Below, in pieces: positions 9,968-18,367 of a stretch of 26,813 nt of DNA. Numbering within the stretch: the first letter of the stretch is position 1; each line of letters begins with the position of its first letter. The translations under genes were made by a program, and so were the position numbers. Under the pieces are notes generated by a model. That model was not told the origin of the DNA and did not search any database. It worked only from the letters and a program-made list of their open reading frames with translations. Source of the DNA: a virus; UHGV virus genome UHGV-0083306. One strand, 5' to 3'.

Positions 9968-10152
9968 GGCCTTCCCCTTTTTCCCTGTTTGACCATCAGG
10001 ACGCCGTTAACTATTACGTGACGCTCGCCTTTACTGTCTCGGTTGTACTTGAGCACTGTTCCTCTTGCGCAGGAAAGCATCCTTGCCACTTCGGTCTGAT
10101 TGCCTCGTGTCTGGATAAGAAGCTCTGGTATCGTTTGAATTGTGGCGTTCAT
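9964..10152 (-). CDS. ninH: NinH-like protein
   Basis: 62-aa ORF …GNQTEVARMLSCARGTVLKY… similar to lambda NinH (GNQTEVARRLKCSRGTVRKY); directly upstream of Q. Confidence 0.6.
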   Translation of the reverse strand: MNATIQTIPELLIQTRGNQTEVARMLSCARGTVLKYNRDSKGERHVIVNGVLMVKQGKRGRP

Positions 10153-10511
10153 ACGTTCTCCAGTTCGGTGATTTTTATTCCAAGCCGTCCGCCTGGTACT
10201 TTCACACCACGAATTACGCGAATGTCATCGAATTGCTCGTCGTCTTCCGCAAATCCGGCGTGGATAAGGGAGTCGAGTAAACCTTTCAGGATGTTATCGA
10301 GGTCGCGGCGGCGGGAGTCTGGAACGTCTGCGATGACTTTGATGCGGAGTCTTGATTTGGTGAAAATGTCTAACTTGAGTTGGCGGATGATTTGCTGAAC
10401 GTCTTTTCGGTATTTCTGGCCTTTATCGCTGATGTAGTATTGGCTTCCCCGTCTTCGCCAGTAGGTGTTCACCGACGGCGGGTAAGGAAGCACAAACTGA
10501 TATTCGTTCAT
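10149..10511 (-). CDS. rusA: Holliday-junction resolvase RusA
   Basis: 120-aa ORF with RusA motifs (…DVPDSRRRDLDNILKGLLDSLIHAGF…GGRLGIKITEL). Confidence 0.85.
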   Translation of the reverse strand: MNEYQFVLPYPPSVNTYWRRRGSQYYISDKGQKYRKDVQQIIRQLKLDIFTKSRLRIKVIADVPDSRRRDLDNILKGLLDSLIHAGFAEDDEQFDDIRVIRGVKVPGGRLGIKITELENV

Positions 10512-10798
10512 GGCTTAATCTTCCCCTCCTTCAGCAGGATCGCCTGCGTCCTGATCACGCCTTCGAGGTGATAAAGTCTGGCGTCTTTGTTGTCGAGATT
10601 ATGGGTGCGTCGGTCGATCTCCGCGTGGCAGTCACTACAAGCCCATGCACCGATCAGGTCGTCAGGCTTCATTCCCGTTCCGCAAATTCCAGCCATCCGG
10701 TAATGCGCCAGAACTGTAGTTTCAGGATTGCCATTGCATACGCCGTAAATACGTACCTGGCATTCTCTGCCACGTGCTTCTTTGCGTAGATTAGCCAT
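10508..10798 (-). CDS. YbcO-like protein (DUF1364, putative nuclease)
   Basis: 96-aa ORF MANLRKEARGRECQVRIYGVCNGNPETTVLAH…CSDCHAEIDRRTH, similar to E. coli prophage YbcO. Confidence 0.6.
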   Translation of the reverse strand: MANLRKEARGRECQVRIYGVCNGNPETTVLAHYRMAGICGTGMKPDDLIGAWACSDCHAEIDRRTHNLDNKDARLYHLEGVIRTQAILLKEGKIKP

Positions 10799-11003
10799 TT
10801 ACCTTCCCTCGCAATTGAAGAATTGACTGAAGGTCTTTTTTAATAAATATGCGAGTGCGAATTGAGCAGTAGTTTTCCTTCATTCTGGCGTAGTAATAGT
10901 CCTTTCTTTGCTTAAGTTTGTTGGCATCCGCTGTCATCCAGTCTTTTACAGCAAACTTAATTAACCAGCGGTAACAGAGATACCATTTCAGGTAATCACT
11001 CAT
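10791..11003 (-). CDS. hypothetical protein (70 aa), AT-rich
   Basis: ORF whose start overlaps the NinF stop; no recognisable motif. Confidence 0.4.
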   Translation of the reverse strand: MSDYLKWYLCYRWLIKFAVKDWMTADANKLKQRKDYYYARMKENYCSIRTRIFIKKDLQSILQLRGKVNG

Positions 11004-11166
11004 CGTCTTCTTCCTCGTACATTGAGCTATTCGGATCGCTCATCAGTTCTGCGCAGCAGTGCTCACACACGTGAACTTCCAGCACATGCAGCTTCTGACC
11101 GCAGTTAGCGCACGTTAAAGCTCGCTCGACGCTTTCTTGTTCGTAACTTCGATTTGGGTCAATCAC
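10996..11166 (-). CDS. ninF: NinF-like protein
   Basis: 56-aa ORF (GTG start) [47 protein letters not shown]…; below the 60-aa cutoff of the ORF track; SD GAGG upstream. Confidence 0.6.
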   Translation of the reverse strand: MIDPNRSYEQESVERALTCANCGQKLHVLEVHVCEHCCAELMSDPNSSMYEEEDDE

Positions 11167-11345
11167 CTTGTTTTCCTCGCACGTTCTCTAAGCCACCGGA
11201 TATCCCACAGGTGAGCCGTGTAGTTGAAGGTTTTTACGTCAGATTCTTTTGGGATTGGCTTGCGTTTATTTCTGGAGCGTTTCGTTGGAAGGTATTTGCA
11301 GTTTTCACAGATGATGTCGGTGAAACTTCGTCGCTGTCTCGCCAT
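11163..11345 (-). CDS. ninE: NinE-like protein
   Basis: 60-aa [55 protein letters not shown]…; strong SD AGGAGG upstream. Confidence 0.55.
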
Positions 11346-11481
11346 ACGTCCTCCTTTTCCTGCGGTAGTGGTAAAACTCCTGTTGGTGTTCTTTCACACC
11401 GGAGACACCATCGATTCCAGTAAGGTTAATTTGGTCTGAAGCGGTTATCTTCTTTGCATTCACCGCACCGATCACATCGCA

Positions 11482-11903
11482 TCATGCAGCCCGATCTCCC
11501 CATCTCGCTTTCCACTCCAGAGCCAGTCGCGCTTCGTCTGACCACTTAACGCCACGCTCTGTACCGAATGCCTGTATAAGCTCTAATAACTCCGCAAATT
11601 CGCTTACACGCATCCTGCTGGTTGACTGGCCTATTACCACAAGCCATTCCCGGCAAGGTTAGGAACAACGTCCTGCTGCTTTAATGCTGCGGTAAACACA
11701 CACTTCCAGCTTTCTGCATCCAGCCAGCGACCATGCCATTCAACCTGACGAGAGACGTCACCAAGGCAAGCCCAAAGCTTTCGATTCTGGTCTAAGCTGC
11801 GGTTGCGCTGCTTAAACTCGACAATGATGTCTAAATCGCATGTCCTAAGATACTGAATGGCGTTATATCTTATAGATTCATTAGTAAGGTGTATTTGACA
11901 CAT
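11482..11903 (-). pseudogene. ninB: ninB (orf) 3' portion, frameshifted
   Basis: 11903-11634 encodes NinB-like …QRNRSLDQNRKLWACLGDVSRQVEWHGRWLDAESWKCVFTAALKQQDVVPNLAGNG then stops; the rest ([52 protein letters not shown]) continues in the -1 frame from 11640 to a stop at 11482-11484. Confidence 0.65.
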
Positions 11904-11909
11904 TTCATT

Positions 11910-12497
11910 TTAATACCTCGCAAATTCGCCGAAACATTCATCCGCTTTATTTGCATATACTTTATGAGCTTCCTTTGGGTCATCGTAAAACCCAAGATTA
12001 ACTTTCCTCTTGTTGATTACGATTTGCGCCCTCCATTTTCTTGATTTCTTATCCCATGAAACGCCTTTATATCCTGATTTGTTATTTGCCTTTTTGTTTA
12101 CGTTTTGGATGTTTTGAGATCGAGTTGCCAATCTAAGATTTGCTATACGATTGTCATCCCTAACGAGATTTATGTGGTCGATATCACTTTTTGGTAGACT
12201 GCCATTCATATAGAGCCACGCCAGCCTGTGTGCCTTATAAAGTTTTCCATCGACTTTTATTACCCAGTAGCCTTCGCTACTCTTATGCCCTGCGATATCC
12301 CCAGCATTCATTCTCTGGCATTTCTTTACTTTCCATGTGAATTTCCCTGTTAACTCATCGTAGAGAAGGACTTCTTTAAGTCTCTGCTGAGTTATTTGAT
12401 TGATTGGTTTGGTTGGGTCTGGAAGAATTTGCTGTATCGCGTGAATAACGTTTTGCTGATGAATGGGGCTTCTTAGTTCAAACGTTAGTTTCCTCAT
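11910..12497 (-). CDS. HNH-AP2 endonuclease fused in-frame to the first ~33 codons of ninB
   Basis: 195-aa ORF: residues 1-33 MRKLTFELRSPIHQQNVIHAIQQILPDPTKPI match the NinB N-terminus; the rest carries HNH (DIDHINLVRDDNRIANLRLATRSQN) and AP2 (SGYKGVSWDKKSRKWRAQIVINKRKVNLGFYDDPKEA); paralog of the 8581-9072 gene. Confidence 0.75.
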   Translation of the reverse strand: MRKLTFELRSPIHQQNVIHAIQQILPDPTKPINQITQQRLKEVLLYDELTGKFTWKVKKCQRMNAGDIAGHKSSEGYWVIKVDGKLYKAHRLAWLYMNGSLPKSDIDHINLVRDDNRIANLRLATRSQNIQNVNKKANNKSGYKGVSWDKKSRKWRAQIVINKRKVNLGFYDDPKEAHKVYANKADECFGEFARY

Positions 12498-12732
12498 TGC
12501 TCACCTTCTGCACGCATGGATTAATTAACGCCAAAATAGCTTCTGGTTTCTCAATAACATCGAACCGCTCACCACTTGCCATTCTTACAATCGTAATCCC
12601 GGCCTCAAATAGGGTTTCGATGTTGTCAGAGTTAACGTACAAGGGCTCATATGCACTTCTGGTGCTTTCTATCACGCCTGTGCTTGGTGGCTGATAGATG
12701 CTGCATTGCATGGTTAATTTTATAAATGGCAT
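12478..12732 (-). CDS. hypothetical nin-region protein (84 aa)
   Basis: ORF with strong SD GAAGGAG upstream of its ATG. Confidence 0.5.
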   Translation of the reverse strand: MPFIKLTMQCSIYQPPSTGVIESTRSAYEPLYVNSDNIETLFEAGITIVRMASGERFDVIEKPEAILALINPCVQKVSNEETNV

Positions 12733-12736
12733 ATAC

Positions 12737-13012
12737 TCACTCCTTCACTTTGACTCCAGCAGCGCGGATGTTTTCCTCATAAGCATCCATTGCATCACCG
12801 AAGCCATTGGAATAATCAACAGTAAACCCTTTGGCTAATGCTTCTCTGCTGTCGATAAACTTTGGCGCGGTTATTTCAATAGCTGCGCGAGATGCCTGCC
12901 ATGCCCTCCATGCCATTTCCGTTGATGAATAAACATACCCGCAATCACCATATGCAAGGCTTAAATTTTGCTTTTTCGCGAACTCCAAAAACTGCTTTCT
13001 TGATTCGTCCAT
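12737..13012 (-). CDS. hypothetical nin-region protein (91 aa)
   Basis: Start taken at internal ATG (MDESRKQFLEF…) adjacent to the upstream gene stop; the ORF track extends to 13036 from a GTG. Confidence 0.45.
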   Translation of the reverse strand: MDESRKQFLEFAKKQNLSLAYGDCGYVYSSTEMAWRAWQASRAAIEITAPKFIDSREALAKGFTVDYSNGFGDAMDAYEENIRAAGVKVKE

Positions 13013-13013
13013 A

Positions 13014-13229
13014 TCAATCCCCGTTAGTCGTTTCACTCACGAATCTGACAAAACCAGCCATGTTAATTTGCATGAGTTTTTTCAATACTTTGTCTCGTCG
13101 GCTACGTTTTGGTTTTGGCCTGTGGTTGAATCTTTCACAAACTGGAAGGCTTGATGATTTCCAGTACCTATTACGCCTTGCTCCATCTTCCGCCATATCG
13201 GCATGAATAAGGTCTGCGAGTGTGCTCAT
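13014..13229 (-). CDS. hypothetical protein (71 aa), basic
   Basis: ORF with SD GGAGAGG before the ATG at 13229. Confidence 0.45.
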   Translation of the reverse strand: MSTLADLIHADMAEDGARRNRYWKSSSLPVCERFNHRPKPKRSRRDKVLKKLMQINMAGFVRFVSETTNGD

Positions 13230-13243
13230 ATTCACCTCTCCAG

Positions 13244-13426
13244 TTACATTGGTTTTGTAATGTTGCTAGTCATCTTACGAATAAAAAGATGCGTACGTAG
13301 CTTTGCTTCCCACATGTAAATCTCCTCAAGGCGAGATAAATCTACGAATACCGGACCTTTGTAATCTGGTCTTGATGCCCTTATGTATGAGCTAATAGTT
13401 TGTGCATCTTGCTCGTCAAGATTCAT
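13244..13426 (-). CDS. hypothetical protein (60 aa)
   Basis: Start at MNLDEQ with SD GGAGAGGGAAG; lies just downstream of the terminator that follows the primase-helicase gene. Confidence 0.4.
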   Translation of the reverse strand: MNLDEQDAQTISSYIRASRPDYKGPVFVDLSRLEEIYMWEAKLRTHLFIRKMTSNITKPM

Positions 13427-13441
13427 GACTTCCCTCTCCCC

Positions 13442-13474
13442 CAAATAAAAAGGCCTGCGATTACCAGCAGGCCT
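13442..13474 (-). terminator. intrinsic terminator after the primase-helicase gene (tR2-like position)
   Basis: Minus-strand hairpin AGGCCTGCTGGTAATCGCAGGCCT followed by TTTTTATTT. Confidence 0.55.
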
Positions 13475-13503
13475 GTTATTAGCTCAGTGATGTAGATGGT
13501 CAT

Positions 13504-15384
13504 TTAATACTCCGTCACGTTTTCCTGTCGCCACGCCTCGTCATATTCCGATTTCGGCATATTGGCGATGTAGCTATATGGCGATCCTGATTCAAGTTGC
13601 AGGAACTGGTGCGATTGCTCGTCAAGGAACAACGGGACACCACCTTCCCAACCTTCGCCGTTACGTTGCTTTTCAAGCATCAAAACAGATGCCGGAGATG
13701 CCAGTAGCTGTTCGTCCTTCTCTGACATCCTTTCACCACTCTGAACTCTCTGTAACGCTCTCTCGCGAGCCTTGTTACGCCAGATGATAAAAAGGTTGTC
13801 TGTCAGGTCTGTTATCGCTCCAGAGCCTTTTACGTCCATTTTACCGGTTGGTTTTTCTTCGCTGTCTCCTTTTCTGGAGTGAGTAACGAGAATGACGTGG
13901 GAGTTTGTTTTGTTTTTGAAGTCACAAATCGAGTCAACAAATGCTTTCTGCCCGTTATAGTCATCGTCACCTATGCCGCATTTCATCAGGCTGTCGATGA
14001 TGAATAACTGGATGCCGTATCGGCGGCGAGCGTAGTCGAATATTTCGATCAGCCTGTCGGCTTTCGCCGTTCCGGTCAGGCCAAACACCCAGAGTCTTTC
14101 GTCATAAAATTTAAATGCAGAGTCAATTTCCAGCACTGGCGGCATCTTGCAGCACGTTGCCTGACGGGTAAGTCGCTTAAGGAGAATACCAGGCTTCAGC
14201 TCAAGTGACGCGATGCACGTCTTCACACCCTGACGCATTGCCTCAAGTGCCATATGCCCGACAACCTCCGTTTTTCCGTGACCGTTCACACCATTGACCA
14301 GCGTCAACTCTGCCTCACGGAACTGGAATTTATCTGCCAGAGATTCCCACGGTGGATTAAACAGATACTGCTGCTTGCCGTAGAAAGCGTTGATAGTGTC
14401 CTGGTAAAACTCTCGCGCGCTGTAGAGTTCTTCAGGGTCGAAGTAGGATGCCGTGCCGATGTACTGCCAGATTTCATCCTCGGTAACACCGTTCATCAGG
14501 CATTCGTTGATGTCTTTGTACGGCAGAGTAACAAGACGGCAACGATGTTCACCGAGTCGGCTTGCGATTTCCCTTGCGGCTTCACGACCAACATCATCAA
14601 CGTCCATCGAGATGAATATTTCCTCAAACCTGTCGAGGTTGTGATACTCAAACTCAATCCACTGTTGCTTAGCGCCTTTTCCTCCACCAAACGGCACGGA
14701 TAACGCCGAGATGCCGTATTGCGCATAGCTCATACAATCAATTTCGCCTTCGCAAAGCACAACCGCCCTCACGCCAGCGTCCAGAGCCTGCCATCCGAAC
14801 AGACAAGGTTCACAATCACCTTCTGCCATAATGACTTTCTTCCCGTCCGGGCGCTCAGTGCTGATTCGCTTGACCTGCAACAACTCACCATCGCGTTTGT
14901 ACGGAAGCACCAGTGCATCAAGTTCTCGTTCTCCATTCCACACCTTGCCGCTGACAACCTCGTAGCGCTTTACGACTTCTGGCGATATGCCACGCGATTG
15001 CAGGTACTCAAGATGGGATTCTGTTCTGGTAACGTAGCGGGCTATTTTCTTGCGATCAGGTCTGGAGAATTTCTTCTCACGTTTGGCATCGAAATGGTGA
15101 TCGTCATCCTTGATACCGAGAAATGCTTTCGCTTCCTGCATAGCCTGATGCAGGTTAATTCCACGACATTCCATCCACAAATCAAGCATGTCACCGCCGT
15201 CTCCCTCAGCGAAATCAGCCCATTTTTTCTTGCCGCTAAGATTGACCTTAAGGCTGTTTCCCTTGTCACCGTTGACGTTACCGGCAACCCACTCATGCCC
15301 CTCTTTCTTGCCGTTTGGCAACAGGTGCGGAGCCACCCTGTCAACCTGCGCCCAAAGCAGGTCGCTGAGTTCACTTGGCCTCAT
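13504..15384 (-). CDS. bifunctional DNA primase / replicative helicase
   Basis: 626-aa ORF: TOPRIM-like motif (VVLCEGEIDCMSYAQYG), then Walker A (NGVNGHGKT) and Walker B-like (LFIIDSLMKCG) of a DnaB/RecA-fold helicase. Confidence 0.8.
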   Translation of the reverse strand: MRPSELSDLLWAQVDRVAPHLLPNGKKEGHEWVAGNVNGDKGNSLKVNLSGKKKWADFAEGDGGDMLDLWMECRGINLHQAMQEAKAFLGIKDDDHHFDAKREKKFSRPDRKKIARYVTRTESHLEYLQSRGISPEVVKRYEVVSGKVWNGERELDALVLPYKRDGELLQVKRISTERPDGKKVIMAEGDCEPCLFGWQALDAGVRAVVLCEGEIDCMSYAQYGISALSVPFGGGKGAKQQWIEFEYHNLDRFEEIFISMDVDDVGREAAREIASRLGEHRCRLVTLPYKDINECLMNGVTEDEIWQYIGTASYFDPEELYSAREFYQDTINAFYGKQQYLFNPPWESLADKFQFREAELTLVNGVNGHGKTEVVGHMALEAMRQGVKTCIASLELKPGILLKRLTRQATCCKMPPVLEIDSAFKFYDERLWVFGLTGTAKADRLIEIFDYARRRYGIQLFIIDSLMKCGIGDDDYNGQKAFVDSICDFKNKTNSHVILVTHSRKGDSEEKPTGKMDVKGSGAITDLTDNLFIIWRNKARERALQRVQSGERMSEKDEQLLASPASVLMLEKQRNGEGWEGGVPLFLDEQSHQFLQLESGSPYSYIANMPKSEYDEAWRQENVTEY

Positions 15385-15491
15385 GATTCCCTCAGATTGA
15401 GATTTTTAAACCAGAAATCGACAAACGAAATACTTAACCAGCCGTGGTTATAACCAGCGACCAGTAGCGATTTGATTTTTGATTTCATGGT

Positions 15492-16352
15492 TCACCTGTC
15501 GAAAAACACGTAGCCAGTTTTCGATACGGTGATTGCGGATGATGGTTTGGATTGTGGTTGAATAGTTTCTGGCTTCTCGTCGTTCCAGCGTTGACCGTTC
15601 AGGTAGCTCGATGGTAACAACCTGTCGAATCCGAACTGCTTACCATTCCTGCATGCGATGTCTTCTGCCAGCATCGTGGCAAACTCGCTTGCCGTACCCC
15701 TGGTAGTTTTACGCCATTCCCTGAACTGTGTTCTGAATGCCGAAGCTGCGTTTTTCTTCCCGGCTTTCCGCATGCCTGCACACCAGAATATTTCCTCGAA
15801 TGCCTTGTCGGTTTCTTCGTGACGGTCATGTGATTTTTCACACTCCGTCCGAACACTTTCGGACATAGTGTTTTTATTATTTCTTTTTTCTTTTGTAATA
15901 GTTTCTTTTGTGTGTCCCTGTTTTGGTGACAGCGCTGTCACCGTTTTGGTGACACTTTTTGTCACCAATGCAGTGACATTATCACCAGAGTAGTGACACC
16001 CTTCGATTTGCCATTCTTCGATGTTCTTGTTAGGACCGATTTGCTGGCCTTCGCGAAGGATAACCTTCATCGCGATAAGCTCATTCTTGGCCTTGTTTAC
16101 CTTCTGTCTTGGCAGCCTGGTAATTTGAGCTAACTGACTATCAGAGATGCGATCCATCTTTTTACCGTAGCCGTATGTTTTACGGCATATGGCGTGGGCA
16201 ACCTTGCTCTGATTTTTCGTTAAATCTGCGCCGATAAGCTCTTCATACAGGGCATTTGCAAGACGGGTATAACCATCTTCAACTTCTGCCACACGACGCT
16301 CCACAGGCCGTTGTGAAGGCCTTAAATGTGTTACGGTTGCAAGATTACTCAT
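15492..16352 (-). CDS. replication initiator, lambda O-like
   Basis: 286-aa ORF; N-terminal domain ([56 protein letters not shown]…GPNKNIEEW) resembles lambda O; low-complexity linker encoded by the iteron block. Confidence 0.8.
   Translation of the reverse strand: MSNLATVTHLRPSQRPVERRVAEVEDGYTRLANALYEELIGADLTKNQSKVAHAICRKTYGYGKKMDRISDSQLAQITRLPRQKVNKAKNELIAMKVILREGQQIGPNKNIEEWQIEGCHYSGDNVTALVTKSVTKTVTALSPKQGHTKETITKEKRNNKNTMSESVRTECEKSHDRHEETDKAFEEIFWCAGMRKAGKKNAASAFRTQFREWRKTTRGTASEFATMLAEDIACRNGKQFGFDRLLPSSYLNGQRWNDEKPETIQPQSKPSSAITVSKTGYVFFDR
15868..16001. repeat. candidate replication origin: iterons plus AT-rich tract inside the O-like gene
   Basis: Four GGTGACA/TGTCACC repeat units spaced ~20-24 bp (15921-16001), followed in the O coding direction by an AT-rich tract (15868-15915); same layout as lambda ori. 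Confidence 0.55.
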
Positions 16353-16491
16353 GACCTTTCTCCTTCTGCATCAGCTTCACTTTTTCCAACTCAGCCCGGA
16401 ATCGACCAGGCTGCTTGAAGCTGGACAGGAAGCGATCACGTAGTATGTGTTTGTGAATTTTGTCCTGGTAAGGACTGAGTGGTTTTGTCAT
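16345..16491 (-). CDS. small basic ORF (48 aa) coupled to O
   Basis: [48 protein letters not shown]; strong SD GAGGAGG; start overlaps the upstream stop (TAATG) and the end overlaps the O start. Below the ORF-track cutoff. Confidence 0.35.
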   Translation of the reverse strand: MTKPLSPYQDKIHKHILRDRFLSSFKQPGRFRAELEKVKLMQKEKGHE

Positions 16492-16895
16492 TAAGCCTCC
16501 TCTACTTCGTAATCAGCGAAGTAACCAGTAGACATTTTTAAAAACCTTGATTCGGTGACTGTGTAAGCCTTCCTTCCTTTCCTCTCCTTGCCTTCAGGCT
16601 CTATGAGGTGGCACGAATAAATGATTCTGCGCTGCCAGTTGCCTGGCATTTCCACCACTGCCAGAACCTCAAGAATTCTCTTTCCTTCAGCATCAGCGGT
16701 GTAAAAACACTGATCACCATAACCACAATCGGCTGGCTCATAATTTTTGTGACAACCGCCAATCCAGCGCTCATCGGTATGCACGTTGCCGTCATAAGAC
16801 TGATAATCTGTGCATACGAAGATAAATGGATATACGGTTTCGAACTTGTCACCGGCCTTTATGCCGGTGTTTACTTGCTTGGTTTGTCCTGGCAT
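16491..16895 (-). CDS. hypothetical protein (134 aa) between cII and O
   Basis: Start at MPGQTKQ with SD AGGAG 5 nt upstream; the longer track ORF overlaps cII in another frame. Cys/His-rich (…[18 protein letters not shown]…CHLIEPEG); no family recognised. Confidence 0.5.
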   Translation of the reverse strand: MPGQTKQVNTGIKAGDKFETVYPFIFVCTDYQSYDGNVHTDERWIGGCHKNYEPADCGYGDQCFYTADAEGKRILEVLAVVEMPGNWQRRIIYSCHLIEPEGKERKGRKAYTVTESRFLKMSTGYFADYEVEEA

Positions 16896-16929
16896 AATTA
16901 CTCCTGTTACTTGGCGTAACACAGTGTGC

Positions 16930-17208
16930 TTAAGCGTCCAGACTGCTACCAACAGCTGGGCGTTTTTCTTTTGTGAGAATCGATGCCACCTGCTGAGCAA
17001 GTCTCGCCATCTCATCATCAACAACTCCCCATTCAAGAACAGCCAGAAGCATGGCCATCTTTGGGATAAAGCTGTCTTTCCATCGCGAAATTTGCGATTC
17101 ATTAATCCCTAACGCGTCGGCAACCTTTCGCTGACCACGTACAGCAATTCGATTCAGGATGTTGCTTGTAATTGCATTCGCTTTCTTGCGAGTACTTGTA
17201 AGTTGCAT
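16930..17208 (-). CDS. cII: transcriptional activator CII
   Basis: 92-aa ORF; …VADALGINESQISRWKDSFIPKMAMLLAVLEWGVVDDEMARLAQQVASILTKEKRPA closely matches lambda CII; upstream leader matches the lambda cII leader. Confidence 0.85.
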   Translation of the reverse strand: MQLTSTRKKANAITSNILNRIAVRGQRKVADALGINESQISRWKDSFIPKMAMLLAVLEWGVVDDEMARLAQQVASILTKEKRPAVGSSLDA

Positions 17209-17287
17209 ATGTAAGTATTTCCTTAGATAACAATTGATTGAATGTATGCAAATAAATGCATACACCATAGGTGTGGTTTAATTTGAT

Positions 17288-17319
17288 GCCCTTTTTCAGG
17301 GCTGGAATGTGTAAGAGCG
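17288..17319 (-). promoter_or_regulatory. nutR (boxA and boxB)
   Basis: Minus strand reads CGCTCTTACACATTCCAGCCCTGAAAAAGGGC, i.e. lambda boxA plus the nutR boxB hairpin, between cro and cII. Confidence 0.8.
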
Positions 17320-17327
17320 TTGATAAC

Positions 17328-17558
17328 TTAAGCAGCCATTAATTCAGGCCAGATGCTTTCCCAATCAACCGGATGAAGGTCTTTGCGAGTCACTTCACCA
17401 TTGCTGAACTTCTCAATCAGAACACAAAGTGCTGCGCCCAATTCATGATTACGGCTAAGTGCTTTCCTCAAATAGCCGATAGAAGTTCCGCACTTGGTGG
17501 CAAATTCTCTCTGCTCTTCCAGTGAAAGGGAGTTCAGATACAAGCGGAGTTCTTCCAT
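17328..17558 (-). CDS. cro: Cro-like repressor (HTH)
   Basis: 76-aa ORF divergent from the repressor gene, with an HTH-like segment (EEQREFATKCGTSIGYLRKA); not lambda Cro in sequence. Confidence 0.65.
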   Translation of the reverse strand: MEELRLYLNSLSLEEQREFATKCGTSIGYLRKALSRNHELGAALCVLIEKFSNGEVTRKDLHPVDWESIWPELMAA

Positions 17559-17590
17559 TTGCTATCTCCTTCCCGTTGTTGAATAAGGTG

Positions 17591-17660
17591 AGTTTACCTG
17601 CAGGTAAAAAACAAATCAATACCCACAGGTTATTTACCGATAGGTAATCAAAGATAGAAT
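17591..17660. promoter_or_regulatory. right operator/promoter region: OR1-OR3, pR, pRM
   Basis: Operators TTACCTGCAGGTAA (17594-17607), ATACCCACAGGTTA (17619-17632), TTACCGATAGGTAA (17634-17647). pR on minus: -35 TTGATT 17614-17619, -10 TAAACT 17591-17596. pRM on plus: -10 TAGAAT 17655-17660, 6 nt before the cI ATG. Confidence 0.55.
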
Positions 17661-17666
17661 TAAATC

Positions 17667-18353
17667 ATGGATAAATACGAACAAAGACGACTAAGGCTGA
17701 TAGAGATAAGAGACCGATTCTGTAATGGAAAGGCCTCAGAGTTGGCTCGTCGAATAGAAAGGGAACCATCATACGTTTCCAGAATGCTGTATCCGGAAGG
17801 AAAAAGCGGAAAAAAACGCATTGCTGACGATATGATGGAACTAATTGAAAAATCTTTTAATCTCCCACGCGGATGGATGGACATGCTTGCAGATAGCAAA
17901 GTTGGATCTGCAGACCATCTTGAGTTTGCGGGTAACGTTCGTGCGGGTTTTGTTCCGGTAATTGGTGAAGCCGTTTTGGGAGTTGATGGCTCAGTGGATA
18001 TGATTGAATTCAGATCCGGTTGGTTAAGCATCTACAGTGGCGATAAAGATGCTTACGGTCTGAAGGTTAAGGGTGACAGCATGTGGCCAAGGATTCAGTC
18101 AGGAGAATATGTTGTTATTGAACCAAATACGCCAGTACATCCAGGTGATGAAGTCTTTGTAAGGACCAAAGATGGTCATAACATGATAAAGATCATGAAC
18201 AAAACAAGAGACGGAGACTATCAGTTTAGTAGTATAAACAGCGATCACCGTCCAATCACTCTTCCTGTTGAAGAAGTTGATAAAATGCATTTTGTTTCAG
18301 CTATTGTGAAACACACTAGGTACGTAGACCAGGACGATCTGCCAAAATTTTGA
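17667..18353 (+). CDS. cI: CI-like repressor (HTH + S24 LexA-type autopeptidase)
   Basis: 228-aa ORF; N-terminal HTH (ASELARRIEREPSYVSRML), Ala-Gly in the linker (EFAGNV), C-terminal S24 motifs (KVKGDSMWPRI, …MIKIMNK). Immunity specificity is not lambda's. Confidence 0.85.
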   Translation: MDKYEQRRLRLIEIRDRFCNGKASELARRIEREPSYVSRMLYPEGKSGKKRIADDMMELIEKSFNLPRGWMDMLADSKVGSADHLEFAGNVRAGFVPVIGEAVLGVDGSVDMIEFRSGWLSIYSGDKDAYGLKVKGDSMWPRIQSGEYVVIEPNTPVHPGDEVFVRTKDGHNMIKIMNKTRDGDYQFSSINSDHRPITLPVEEVDKMHFVSAIVKHTRYVDQDDLPKF

Positions 18354-18367
18354 GGATAAAGCAGCAA

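Noticed and set aside
11305-11475. Possible 56-aa GTG-initiated ORF between ninB and ninE (NinD position)
   Set aside because: No convincing RBS, and it would overlap ninE by about 40 nt; the sequence could not be matched to NinD from memory.
16896-17102. N-terminal extension of the 203-aa track ORF (16491-17102)
   Set aside because: The extension overlaps cII in another frame; an internal ATG at 16895 with SD AGGAG gives a 134-aa product beginning right after the cII stop.
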